This document shows positions 22,775 through 35,039 of a stretch of DNA of 64,000 nt, piece by piece (positions within the stretch are counted from its first letter, which is position 1; each line of letters begins with the position of its first letter). Below the pieces are notes generated by a model. That model was given only the letters and a program-made list of their open reading frames with translations, ran no database searches and was not told the origin of the DNA. Where the stretch lies: positions 12,896,001-12,960,000 of the forward strand of contig JBHGNT010000003.1 of NCBI GenBank assembly GCA_043228905.1. The letters are read 5' to 3'. This DNA comes from Azolla caroliniana (taxonomy: Eukaryota; Plantae; Polypodiophyta). Both the position numbers and the translations under genes were made by a program.

Positions 22775-25406
22775 GTGTATTACTTTCGCGGAGTTTCGTG
22801 CGTGTGTATTACTTGGGCGGGACCATTGGCGTCTTGGACTAGGCAGTACGAAGGGATAGAGAAAACCCGAGGTTTTCTTTACGACAATACTACTTCCCAA
22901 CACCCTCCCGAGAAAGGGCTCGTTGCCCCTTTTGTGGGGCCAGTGGCTTTCGTTGATCATGACTCGTCGAGTTTTCGAGATCACCGCATGAACCAAGTGA
23001 TCAAACGGGTACAAGCAAAGATGAGCACGCAAGATGAATGCACAAGGGAACGACAACACAAACATGAATGCCCGTACTTCTTTATGAGGAAGGAGAGGTG
23101 CATGGCCAAGCCGGAATGCTCCCTCGTCACAAGACGACCGAACGTACAAGGAAGACACAAACACACGCACAAATGCTTGTACGCCTTTATGAGGAGGAGA
23201 GGTGCATGGGCACGCCCGAAATGCTCCCTCATCACAAGAATACCGAACATACAAGGAAGACACAAACAGACGCACAAAATACTCGTACACCTTTATGAGG
23301 AGGAGAGGTGCATGGGCATGCCCGAAACGCTCCCTCGTCAGAAGATGACCAAATGTACAAGGAAGACACAAACACGTGCACAAAATGCTCGTACGCCTTT
23401 ATGAGGAGGAGAGGTGCATGGGCATGCCCGAAATGCTCCCTCGTCACAAGACGACCGAACGTACAAGGAAGACACAAACACACACACAAAATGCTCGTAT
23501 GCCTTTATGAGGAGGGGAGGTGCATGGGCACGCCCGAAACACTCCCTCATCGCAAGACGACCGAACGTACAAGGAAGATGCAAGCACACGCACAAATGCT
23601 TGTACGCCTTTAAGAGGAGGAGAGGTGGATGGGCACGCCCGAAACGCTCCCTCGTCACAAGACGGTGTCGGGCCTTTCAGCGCCGGATTGTTGCGTGAGT
23701 CGGGTGGGAACTGCTGGGGTTTTGGACTAGGAGAAAGAAGAATATGAGATAAGGTTTGTTACAAATAGATTGCAAGATGAAGATATGAAACTCATGAATC
23801 CCATGAGTATAGTGTATTAGTTGATACTTAGATTGTAAGGGAGAAATAGATGGCAAAATCGTGAATTCCCACGAATACTTTATATTAATCAACCCTTATA
23901 AAAAATCAACAACCATATACATCTTTTCTCTCTTCCTTATATAGTGATGGAAGAGGCTAATCATAGCATCATGCTTTTTCCTAAAGTGTTCATGCACACT
24001 AGATGTGCATGAGTTTCCTTTTTCAACCATGCTTTTTTATTTCCTAAATATAGTGCTCATGCACACTAGATGTGCATGAGTAATTGGCTTGCATTTTTCT
24101 TCCAAATAAAGTTTTCACGCACTCTAAAAGTGCATGATTTACTTTTTTGTAAAAATAGGTGTAAATATAAGTCTTATACCTATTAAATCTATATTTAGAT
24201 CACTTATGGTAAGTTAGTACAATGGTAAAGTTTGGGTTTGTTTACATGGAGGTATAGGGTTTGAATCTTACCCTATGCATGTAATAATAATTTTAATATT
24301 TTCTTTTATTTATTTATACGTACTTAAATCGGATATATTTTTTACATATTTCACGTAGTGTGCGAATTACACTATGACAACGGTCAAACGTACAAGGAAG
24401 ATACAAACACACGCACAAATGCTTGTACGCCTTTATGAGGAGGAGAGGTGCATGGGTATGCCCGAAACGCTTCCTCGTCACAAGACGGCCGAACGTACAA
24501 GGGGACAAGAACAAAGAAAGAAAGAAAAACATGAATGATATTGGTTAAAGAAATAAATATGTGTTCAATTCCAACGCAAGAGGGCCCTTTATAAAATAGG
24601 GCTTGATTACAATGTGGCAACTTCTAGTTAAACACAAGCTCAACAAAACATAAATACTAAATGCCCTTAGAGACAAAAGCAAATCCGAACACGGAGCACG
24701 AACACGAAGAAGACGAACACACGAGCACCACAAAAATGCCGACCCCAACGAACCACGACCACCCGAACGGCGAGCACACGGGCTCGCAATGACGAACAAG
24801 GGCGAAGCAATGCCGAACCAATGAGGCTCGAGCTCACGAGCACCGTAAACGAGCACTTCGAGTGCCAACGCGAAGAAGACAAGCACGTGGCGATGAGGGG
24901 ATGAAGGGGTATGAGATGAAGAGAAATGGTGAAGATGAAGACGAAGAGCTTCGAAAGAAAAATGGCGATAGTCTCCTCGTCCCAAAACGTCCTCCTAAAT
25001 GAGCCCCCTCGACCTCCTTTTATCGGAAAAAAGGAAGGGGGGTCGCTAATTTTGTCTTCAATGCAAAAAGGAATAAAATTCCTTAAATCACGCTGCATTG
25101 TAAGACCAGATTTGAACCGTGCACCTCTAGCTAGGAGTCAATGTGACTATCGACTAATGCATTAACTCTCTCTTATATAATATATAATTCTATATCTACA
25201 AATTTATAGCATGTCTTCTGTCTACTTTTTATCTGTCCTCTCTTACTTTTTACACGAGTTTCTATACCTCCTTTCCACCCTTTCTTTTCCCTTTTCTTTT
25301 GCATATGCACAATTAATTGCCTTTGTGTGCACATACATTGCACATGCACATTTTGACCCACCCTTTCCCCGGTTTTTCCCACACTCGAGGCTGCCACATC
25401 ACGACA
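22775..25406 (-). repeat. 5' LTR with an expanded ~95-bp tandem array and a nested insert
   Basis: About 8 units of TTTATGAGGAGGAGAGGTGCATGGGCA...; the distal part matches 16600-17124. Confidence 0.8.
23666..24379. mobile_element. 714-bp AT-rich insert (solo LTR or small non-autonomous element)
   Basis: TGTC...GACA termini and a 4-bp duplication ACGG; interrupts one repeat unit. Confidence 0.65.
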
Positions 25407-26071
25407 CCGGCTTCTCGACAAGAGGGTGGACACTCCATAAGGGGAATCTCTTGATTACTAGAGGACTGAAGGTGTACTCATTGTGCCCACTATATGTAAC
25501 TATCAAAGAGGGAGACCTATTCTTGGTAGACATTCTTGTGTCATCGTTATGGCACAGGCGACTCGGTCACCTCAACAAAGTCGGCATCACGCACCTATCT
25601 AAAGACGACTACATTCTTTAAGCTTTCCTTCTTTGACCATTAGTTTTGTGTGCATTGATAATACGGCAAACAGAGTGTTGTTACCCCTCCGATAAGAGAG
25701 CCGAGAGACTCGAATCCACTCGACTTGGTCCATTCATATGTTTGTGGCCTAATGCCATATTAGTCTCTCAGTGGCACATCATACTTTGTTACATTCATCG
25801 ATGATGCAACCAGGAAGGTATAGGCATATCTAGCAAAGGTCGAAAGTTCATGTGTCCTCGATCTTTTGAGAATGGCTCACAATGGTTGAAAACTAATTTG
25901 GCCAAAAGTTGAAATGTTTGCGACCGGAATATGGTGAAGAATTCAAATCGGACGAGTTCATCAATTTTTGTCCACAACGCGGCATCAGAAGAGAGCTTAG
26001 GACCCCACATAGTCTGGAATAAAATAGTGTTGCAGAAATAATGAATCCAACAATCCCAAAGCGAATTGTCG
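25407..26071 (+). pseudogene. Continuation of the split Copia (GAG-pre-integrase and integrase remnant)
   Basis: GWTLHKGNLLITRG..LWHRRLGHL and YFVTFIDDATRKV resume right after the Gypsy end. Confidence 0.75.
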
Positions 26072-26167
26072 TGTAAAAGAGTAGCGTGTGCGAAAGAGTT
26101 ATGTGCGAACATAACGAGCTTCGCCGAACAACAGAGAACAGGCAGTGAGGAATACACAAAGTATGAG

Positions 26168-26199
<32 letters not shown>

Positions 26200-27519
26200 T
26201 ATATTATCATCTTCGGAGGTCAAATATGACCTATGAGACCAAACATATTACATTTCACGTGAGACGTGTAAAAGTGAGTAGTGACTCTCGATGTTCAAGA
26301 ACTTTACCAATGAATGTTGCAATTGAGAATGCACATTGTGGTTGTGAGAGGAATTCATGCAAGGATTGGGCTCGGTCAAAGAGATGTGGAAAGCATGGTC
26401 GAATATGATCAAAGGCAGAGCATTGTATCAAAGTGTGATACTCAAACTCACGAACTTGTTTAGGGTAAAGTGTACATACCCGACCACTCTCATCACTTGT
26501 GCCCCAATGCCCTATCTCACATCGCAATGCATGTGAGATAAGGTGCATGGAAGCAATGGTTCAAATGACAGATAACGGTAGTATAATGTGTGAAGCGTGA
26601 GCCTCCACATTTGTCCCATGTCATGATACATTGACGTTGCAAAAAGGCCTCATTTACAGAGGAATCTAGTGATGTATCATGAAGCAAGTGTCTCGCATCC
26701 CATCTACCAAACGATTTTCTATATCTTCCATCCAACCGGAACACAAAACTTTTCTTTTATACATCTTTTGGATCTTTTTGCTTGCTTCGCATGTAATTCT
26801 AGGAAATTGATCTGAGGGAATTTTTTGAACCGTAAGCATGTATTCAACAACCCTTTCCATGGCCATGATCTCAATGGAAAACGATCCCTTCTCAAGGAGG
26901 AGGAGGATGTACGCCGTTTGGTTCTTAACTTGTAGAAACTTTGTAAGAAAATGTTTTTGGACATTTTCAAACTCTTTCCACATAGATTTAGGGATGCTAC
27001 CGCCCCATACTTCCACCCCATAGAGAAGAACCGGTGTCACCAAAGTGTGGAAAAGATATTTCTTGAGGACCCAACAACACTTAATATCTCCAAGATTGCA
27101 TGTGTTCTCGAATGCATGGTATGCTCGCTTACCCGCCTCTAAGCGGCATATAGCACATTCATTCCATCTATGATTTGAAGGAACTTCAAGGCCAAGATAT
27201 TTGAGAGAGAGAGAGAGAGAGAGTAAGTGAGAAGACACAAAAACTTCTATTGTAGAATAATAATTAGTACTCAGTACATACAATGTGCTCACAAAGCACT
27301 TTTTATACAAGCCCCCTGACAGGGATGACATGAAGTACTGACAAGTACTTCAATGCTCATTAACTGAGCTTGACACTAATTATCCTATAACAGGCCTATT
27401 TACTAAAATAGGCATCTAGGCTATCTAACGGCTTGTCAGATTCCATCCAACTCGACCAACCGATTCGGCTTTTGGTATATTCCGCTGATTCAGCCCATGT
27501 TGAGCTTGTTCACTCATCA
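26072..27519 (-). mobile_element. Copia 3' LTR interrupted by a LINE fragment
   Basis: The TGTAAAAG end and internal motifs resemble the LTRs at 47742, 60126 and 61633. Adjacent to the PPT region (CTCCCC..TCAAGCTCAACTTGAGG on +). Confidence 0.65.
26200..27200 (-). mobile_element. 5'-truncated non-LTR retrotransposon (RTE-like LINE) fragment
   Basis: RT tail KYLG...PVLLYGVEVWG and C-terminal HALRCEIGHW...RVC...E.HTLIQC. Ends beside a (GATA)n tract. Confidence 0.75.
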
Positions 27520-27789
27520 CTCCCCTTCAAGCTCAACTTGAGGTCCCGATGTATCAACTCTAGCCGGTTCTAGCCTTCAGCTTCTCCTGGTTTTTTCCCG
27601 CCTTGATCGCCCCCCTCATTCGGTCTGGTCTGGTCCTGCGTCCCACAACCCCTCTTCTCCAACAATCCTCAACCCATTTGGTTCCACGCATCTCGACCCC
27701 TACGATCGCCATGTTTGCTCTTCAGGCCCTTATCAGCTCCCTCCCTATCATGGCATTGGTACCCCTCGACCCGTCGGCTCCTCCGTATC

Positions 27790-29467
27790 GGTGTTAGCTT
27801 CGGTTGCCTCCTTGTCCACCCTGCCTTCATGTGATTCGGCTTGTCCAAATTACTCTTCTCCATTGAATCGGCTATCTTTTTATTCATTCTTGCGTTTGTT
27901 CGAATTGGTTGTCTCCGATTCGTATTCAGTTCGGGCCTTGACTATCTCAACCCAAGTCCTCGCCTTCTTCCCATGGCTCTGCGTCCCCCTCATTCGGTTG
28001 GCTTCGGCTCCGGCTTGTTCCTTTGGCCATTACCCTGTATTTGGCAAGTCTATACCTTGCTGATCTTCTTCAATTCATCCTTTTGTCTGATGCATGCTTG
28101 GCTTCTTCAGTCCTTCCAGATGTTCCGACTTCTCCAATTGTTCCGAATTGGTTGTCTCAGATTTTTCTTCAGTTCCGGCGTGCTTTTGTCTGAATTGGTT
28201 GTCTCTTATTTGTATTCAATTCAGGCCTTGACTATCTCAACCCAAGTCCTGGCCTTCTTCTGCATGGCTCTGCCTCCCCCTCATTCAGTTGGTTTCGGCT
28301 CCGGCTTGTTCCTTTGGCCGCCCCCCCTATATTTGGCTAGTCTATACCTAGCTGCTCTTCTTCAATTCGTCCTTTTGTTCGACGCATCCTTGCTTCTTCA
28401 GTCATTTCGGATGTTTTGAAATCAAATTCCTCATCCGATCCAGCTTCTCGGATATCTCTCACCTTCTCACCTTTCCTTTATCTTTCACGTGTCCCCCTCA
28501 ATTTTCGTATGTCGAGGTGATGTAGAACAAGCATACTCGAATTGGCTCTCTCTGATTTGTCTTTAGTTCGGGCCTGCTTTTGTTTGAATTGGTTGTCTCT
28601 GATTCATATTCAGTTCGGGCCTTGACTATCTCAACCCAAGTCCTAGCCTTCTTTTGCATGGCTCTGCCTCCCCCTCATTTAGTTGGCTTTGGCTTTGGCT
28701 TTTTCCTTTAGCCACTCCCCCTGCATTTGGCTAGTCTATACCGAGCTGATCTTTTTCAATTTGTTCTTTTGTCCGATGCATCTTTGGCTTCTTCAATTGC
28801 TCTGGATGTTTTGACTTCTTCAGTTGTTCTAAAATCGAATCCATCCTCCGATTCGTTTTCTTGGACATCACTCTCCTTCTCTCCTTTACTTTATCTTTCA
28901 CTTCTTCCCCTCAAGTTCGGCATGTCGAGGTGATGTCAACCAAGCATACTCGAATTGGTTGTCTCTGATTCGTCTTCAGTTTGGGCCTGCTTTTGTCCGA
29001 AATGGCTGTCTCCAATTTGTATTCAGTTTCGGCCTTGACTACCTCAACCCAAGTCCTGGCCTTCTTCTACATGGCTCTGCCTCTCCCTCATTTGGTTGGC
29101 TTTGGCTTTGGCTTGTTACTTTGGCAGCTCACCCTGCATTTGGCTAGTCTATACCTAGCTGATCTTCTTCAATTCGTGCCTTTGTTCGACGCATCCTAGT
29201 CATTCAGGATGATTTGACTTCTTCAGTTGTTTTGAAATCGAATCCTCATCCGATCAGGCTTCTCAGACATATCTCGACTTCTCACCTTTACTTTAGTTTT
29301 TGCTTCTCCCCTTGAACTTCGGCATGTCGAAGTGATGTAGAAGAAGCATACTTGAATTGGCTGTCTCCGATTCGTCTTTAGTTCGGGCTTGCTTTTGTTC
29401 GAATTCGTTGTATCCAATTCGTATTCAGTTCGGGCCTTGACTATCTCCACCCAAGTCTTAGCCTTCA
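27790..29467 (-). repeat. Tandem ~400-415-bp repeats derived from a Copia pol end and 3' region (left part)
   Basis: Recurrent CCTTGACTATCTCAACCCAAGTCCT and TCGAGGTGATGT at ~28512, 28926 and 29327; homologous to 62330-62590. Confidence 0.75.
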
Positions 29468-29494
29468 GGGTCGAAGCACGCTATGGGGTACCAA
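29468..29494 (+). repeat. Left TIR GGGTCGAAGCACGCTATGGGGTACCAA
   Basis: Inverted match to 42546-42572. Confidence 0.92.
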
Positions 29495-29989
29495 AAAAGT
29501 ACTGTTTTTGGCCACAAAAATTGTCAGTACTTTCAATACTGTTAGTACTGAATAATTCAGAAAAAAAATTAGAGAAAAAGAAAATCGATTTTGGAGAGTG
29601 GGGTGACTGTAGTACAAGTGTCATTTACTGTAGAAGGAGTGGGGGGAACACGTGAGGAGATGTTCTTCCATTTTGGGGGCTATTTTCCCCTCACGTCGAT
29701 TTTGGCGCTTCCCCTCATACTGTTCTTCCTCTATCTCTCTGAGCTTTTCATCACAGACATCCATGTCACGTTTCTGATTTTCCTTCAATCTAAATCTCAG
29801 ACATCCATGTCTGGTTGGAGAGTTTGAGTTGAGGATTTCTAATTTTTTTAGGGTTTCTGTTTTTGTTAGGTTTCGGTTGAGGTACAGAGACTGTTCTGAG
29901 GGTTTAGGTAGCAGCCGATAGTCACTTCTTTGACAACGACTTTCGTACTTCCACCGATTGCAGTTGATGTCGTGGTGATTTGGGGCTTT

Positions 29990-30572
29990 TTCCACCAAAT
30001 CGAGGCGGCATTGGAGGTTCCTTCCACCAAATCGAGGCGGCATATCCAACGCTCCCTCCACCATTGGAGGTTCCTTCCACCAAATCGAGGTTGCATATCC
30101 ACGCTCCCTCCACCATTGGAGGTTCCTTCCACCAAATCGAGGCGGCATATCCAACGCTCCCTCCACCATTGGAGGTTCCTTCCATCCATTTTTTTATTTT
30201 CAGTACTAAAATGTTTCATTTCTTCATATTTCAGTACTAAATTATTAGAATTGACATTTGCCATATTTGATATGTAATTCTAATGTTTGAAACAAAATAT
30301 TTCTCACTTTGCAGGCCACATTTAAAAACATTTGATTGTGTTTTCTTGGTTGAGTCTATATATCCACGCTCCCTCCACCATTGGAGGTTCCTTCCATCCT
30401 TTTTTTTCATTTTCAGTACTAAAATGTTTCATTTCTTCATATTTCAGTACTAAATTTTTAGAATTGACATTTGCCATATTTGATATGTAATTCTAATGTT
30501 TGAAACAAAATATTTCTCACTTTGCAGGCCACATTTAAAAACATTTGATTGTGTTTTCTTGGTTGAGTCTAT
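29990..30572 (+). repeat. ~64-bp tandem repeat followed by a ~205-bp direct duplication upstream of the transposase
   Basis: CCATTGGAGGTTCCTTCCACCAAATCGAGG occurs about 3 times; ~30157-30362 is repeated at ~30367-30572. Confidence 0.8.
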
Positions 30573-30629
30573 ATAACATTAACTACTTTCGCAAGACACT
30601 TAATTTTTGTGGATAAATCTAGTGACCGA

Positions 30630-33600
30630 ATGGGGGTTCCTAACGAGAGTGAGTTGTCAAGTAACTCATGCATATCTGAAAGGACTAAGAGACGAGTGGT
30701 TCTTCACATAGTTCATTATTTGGTAGAAATAACGAAGAGATTTAGTGAAGAGGATCGTAGGGATATTATTTGTAGAGTGTTACACCATCAAAGTTTGAAT
30801 GAAGACATGGAGAGAATAAAATTTAGGGATCAATGTGTTTCAGAAGAGATTGTGGAGTCTATGAAGTCATCCCTAGACTTAGTGAAAGGTGTAGAGAGCT
30901 TAGACAAACTTGCTGCAAAGAGGGCAGCCCTACACATGGTTGTGAATGGTGCGAGAGAAAAAAAATATAGTGATACTAAAGTTGCCTTAGCCCTGGGTAT
31001 TCAAAGAAGGAACTTGAGGAAACATCGCCGAAATATACACTCAAGCAAATTCAAGTGGCTGGGGTCGGGACGTAGACGACGATGTGATGCCTTATCTCAA
31101 GAGATTATTGAGAAAGTGGATTCATTTTGGGCCAAAAATACGCGTGTCTCACCAAATAAGAAGGACGTGTGTAGACAACGAATAAGTCAGGGTAAGTACC
31201 AGATTCACCCTAGACACTTCTTGGAGATGACAGAGGTATTCCATTGTTTTATATCAATTCACATTCCATAACTTTGTGTTTTGACCAAGTGTATATTAAT
31301 GTTTGCTATATATATTGGTTGATGTAGGCTGAATTGTACATGAACTTTAAAGACCAACATCCAAGCTTGACTGTCGGATTCCGGAAGTTCCAAGGTTTGA
31401 AACCATTTTATGTTAGAAAATTAAATGAGAGGAATACATGTTGTTGTGTGTACCATGTGAAGATGGACATGTTAAGGGTTTCTGTGAATGCAATGCGTAC
31501 TGATTCTAAGGGTATACATGGGGAATTATGTGTCTGCACTTGTGAGATTTGTAGACCAAATGGGGAGGATAATAGGTGTAATGCACGAAACATGACTTAT
31601 GCATCCGTTTCTGAGCTATGGAGGTCTTGTGTTTGTGAAAAAGAACCATCATGTGAGTGGCATCGTCGTACATGTCTATTAAGAACATGTAAGGTTTGTC
31701 CGCTACCATTATTTTGTAGGCAGGAGCTTGATATGGGAAATAGTCATATCGTGAAATGGAAATATTTGGAGTATGTGACTGAAAATATTGGCAAGGGAGT
31801 TGTAACTAAGCGTATCAAGGAAGTATATAAGGAGACATGTGCTGCTACCCTTGTCTCAGAATTTAAGAAACAACTTGGGGAGTTTATTCCACATAACTTC
31901 CGGAGTTATTGGCAAAATTCACAGTTCAAGGAATGTATTAATAACTTACCAACGGGTGTCATTGTATCCGTTATTGATTTTGCAGAAAACTATACATTTA
32001 AAGTTCAAAATGAGGTTCAATCAATGCATTGGTACAATGATCAATGTACAATACTTGTACATATTTGCTATTGGAGGCAAGACGGTGAGTTACATAAGAA
32101 ATCAATATTTTACATTTCAGATGATAAAAAGCATGATACACTATTTGTTCAACATTGTTTTAAGCTTCACCATGCAGATTTATTTTCTCTAGGGTTAACC
32201 TTTAACCATCATTGGGTTTGGTCTGATGGTGCTGCCTCGCAGTTTAAGGCGGCACGATCGTTCTACTTTATCGCCAGGTAATTTTTAATCCATATGTTTA
32301 ATACTTATCATGCAATGTGTAAGGAAGTAAATCTTGTGTTAGTGGATGCATACTAATTATGTTTGTAACTATTAACAAACAGTACTAGTCACATCGATGC
32401 ATACTAATTATGTTTCTAACTATTCGAATCTTGCACTTGTGAATGGATGCATGCATAAAAATTTTGTTTGTATTATGTTGTACTAAGTAACTTTTAATCC
32501 ATGTGAAGTGTTCTCCATAGACACATTGTACTATGTTGTGTGTTGGTTCTGTACTATGTTGTGTTTACAAAAGGATGTAAAGTACTCATCTTGTACTCAT
32601 AATATTGTCCGTCCTTAAGAGAATTGTACTAAGTATCGATTAATCCATGTGAAGGGTTCTCCATAGACACATTGTACTATGTTGTGTGTTGGTTTTGTAC
32701 TATGTTGTGTTTACAAAAGGATGTAAAGTACTCATCTTGTACTTATAGTATTGTCCGTCCTTAAGAGAATTGTACTAATTATGTTTTAATCCATGTGAAG
32801 GGTTCTCCATATACACATTGTACTATGTTGTGTGTTGGTTCTGTACTATGTTGTGTTTACAGGAGGATGTAAAGTACTCATCTTGTACTTATAGTATTGT
32901 CCGTCCTTAAGAGAATTGTACTAAGTATCGATTAATCCATGTGAAGGGTTCTCCATAGACACATTGTACTATGTTGTGTGTCCTATCTGTACTATGTTGT
33001 GTTTACAGGAGGATGTAAAGTACTCATCTTGTACTTATAGTATTGTCCGTCCTTAAGAGAATTGTACTAAGTATCGATTAATCCATGTGAAGGGTTCTCC
33101 ATAGACACATTGTACTATGTTGTGTGTTGGTTCTGTACTATGTTGTGTTTACAAAAGGTAGTAAAGTACTCATCTTGTACTTATAGTATTGTCCGTCCTT
33201 AAGAGAATTGTACTAAGTATCGATTAATCCATGTGAAGGGTTCTCCATAGACACATTGTACTATGTTGTGTGTTGGTTTTGTACTATGTTGTGTTTACAA
33301 AAGGATGTAAAGTACTCATCTTGTACTTATAGTATTGTCCGTCCTTATGAGAATTGTACTAATTATGTTTTAATCCATGTGAAGGGTTCTCCATAGACAC
33401 ATTGTACTATGTTGTGTGTCCTATCTGTACTATGTTGTGTTTACAGGAGGATGTAAAGTACTCATCTTGTACTCATAGTATTGTCCGTCCTTAAGAGAAT
33501 TGTACTAAGTATCGATTAATCCATGTGAAGGGTTCTCCATAGACACATTGTACTATGTTGTGTGTTGGTTTTGTACTATGTTGTGTTTACAGGAGGATGT

Positions 33601-34892
33601 AAAGTACTCATCTTGTACTCATAGTATTGTCCGTCTTTAAGAGAATTGTACTAAGTATCGATTAATCCATGTGAAGGGTTCTCCATAGACACATTGTACT
33701 ATGTTGTGTGTTGGTTCTGTACTATGTTGTGTTTACAAAAGGATGTAAAGTACTCATCTTGTACTTGTAGTATTGTCCGTCCTTAAGAGAATTGTACTAA
33801 TTATGTTTTAATCCATGTGAAGGGTTCTCCATAGACACATTGTACTATGTTGTGTGTTGTATCTGTACTATGTTGTGTTTACAGGAGGATATAAAGTACT
33901 CATCTTGTACTCATAGTATTGTCCGTCCTTAAGAGAATTGTACTAAATCAGTATTTACTCATGTTGTACTCATAGTATTGTACTCATCTTGTACTCACCA
34001 AAGCAGGTATTTCTCCTTATTCAATATTCGTATGCAATGGAATTACTTCGGGTCTGGACATGGAAAAGGAGAGCATGATGGCGCGGGGGTTGTGATCAAA
34101 CGTGCCCTTACAAGTGAGCAGTTGGATAATAATGGCGCTAAGTTACAAAATGCACATGATGTTGTGCAGTGGCTAACATGGAAGATGTCAAATGATGGTA
34201 AGAACAGATTGTTTGTTGAAGTTCGCGCTGATGAGGTCAATAGAACTAAATCATATGGTTGTAAAACCGTGAAAGGCACACGCAGCACCCATTGTGTGTT
34301 AGGGTTTAGCCGCAAGGACACAACCCAATTGTTACTCCGTAGTTTATCATGCTTTTGTTCCATGTGTCTAGATGAAGCTTGGGATAAATGCATCAACCTA
34401 TCAATCGTGGAGCCCTGGAAGCTGCAGAAGCTTGAGCCTGAACTACAAGATGATATTGAAGAGGATGTGCATTCAAACGATATTGTATACTACAACCAAA
34501 ATCAAGACTTGGCAGTTTTATTGGAAGTTGGAGATCATTTTGCAGTGCTCAAATATTCTCAGAATGAAGATTTAGAAGACTACTACATTGTGGTGTGCAA
34601 GCAAGGAAAGACATTATTGAAAGAAGTGGTGAGGGATGGTTGGGGCAACAATTTCAACATTGGTGAGTCTGTCATGTATGGAAACTATTATGCAAAGTTG
34701 CCGCAGTGCAAGAACACATATGCATTACTAAAAGAAGCACCCATCGCAATAATCTACGCTGATGCCATTCTTGCGATCAAATTCAATATGACTCAAGCAA
34801 AGCACAAGGTTAAGGGATACAACACTGTCTACAAGGTCCCCCAAGAGGTTCATGAGCACATATTAGGGGAGGTCTCTCTATTTAATGCTTGA
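30630..34892 (+). CDS. Sola2-type DDD transposase, 3 exons (30630-31235, 31328-32277, 34007-34892), ~813 aa, intact
   Basis: GT-AG introns keep the frame (TE|AEL, AR|YFS). Motifs DFAENY..QNEVQSMHW, SDDKKHD, WSDGAASQFK, YFGSGHGKGEHDGAG..KR; Cys/His clusters CCCVYH and SCFCSMC. The start codon is uncertain. Confidence 0.88.
32495..33950. repeat. Ten-copy 146-bp tandem array in transposase intron 2
   Basis: TAATCCATGTGAAG recurs at 32495, 32641, 32787 and so on to 33809. Confidence 0.95.
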
Positions 34893-35039
34893 AAGTCACC
34901 CTATCAATACATTGTACTAGAAAACTGAAAAACATCCACTTGGAGTTCACTATTAATTTTGATGATTGACAAATGAATTGATATATTTCGTCTTTCTTCC
35001 AAAGGGTTTATGCCTCTCAACCACTTGTAGTTATCTTTC

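Larger units (their letters stand above)
16063..25406 (-). mobile_element. Decayed atypical Ty3/Gypsy LTR retrotransposon
   Basis: TGTCGCGA...TCACGACA ends and similar LTRs (16063-17124, ~22775-25406). Internal gag, protease, RT (DLYSGYDQF, PFLDDIPIKG), RNase H and integrase lie on the minus strand. Confidence 0.85.

Noticed and set aside
22775-23747. Repetitive ORFs in the Gypsy LTR array
   Set aside because: They are open in several frames on both strands because of the tandem repeat; no evidence of real coding.
24205-24280. tRNA gene
   Set aside because: Only degenerate A/B-box-like words are present; no convincing cloverleaf could be folded.
32495-33950. Regular arrays (also 38250-39000 and 23060-23665) as CRISPR arrays
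   Set aside because: Units repeat head-to-tail without unique spacers, there are no cas genes, and the context is eukaryotic intron or LTR.
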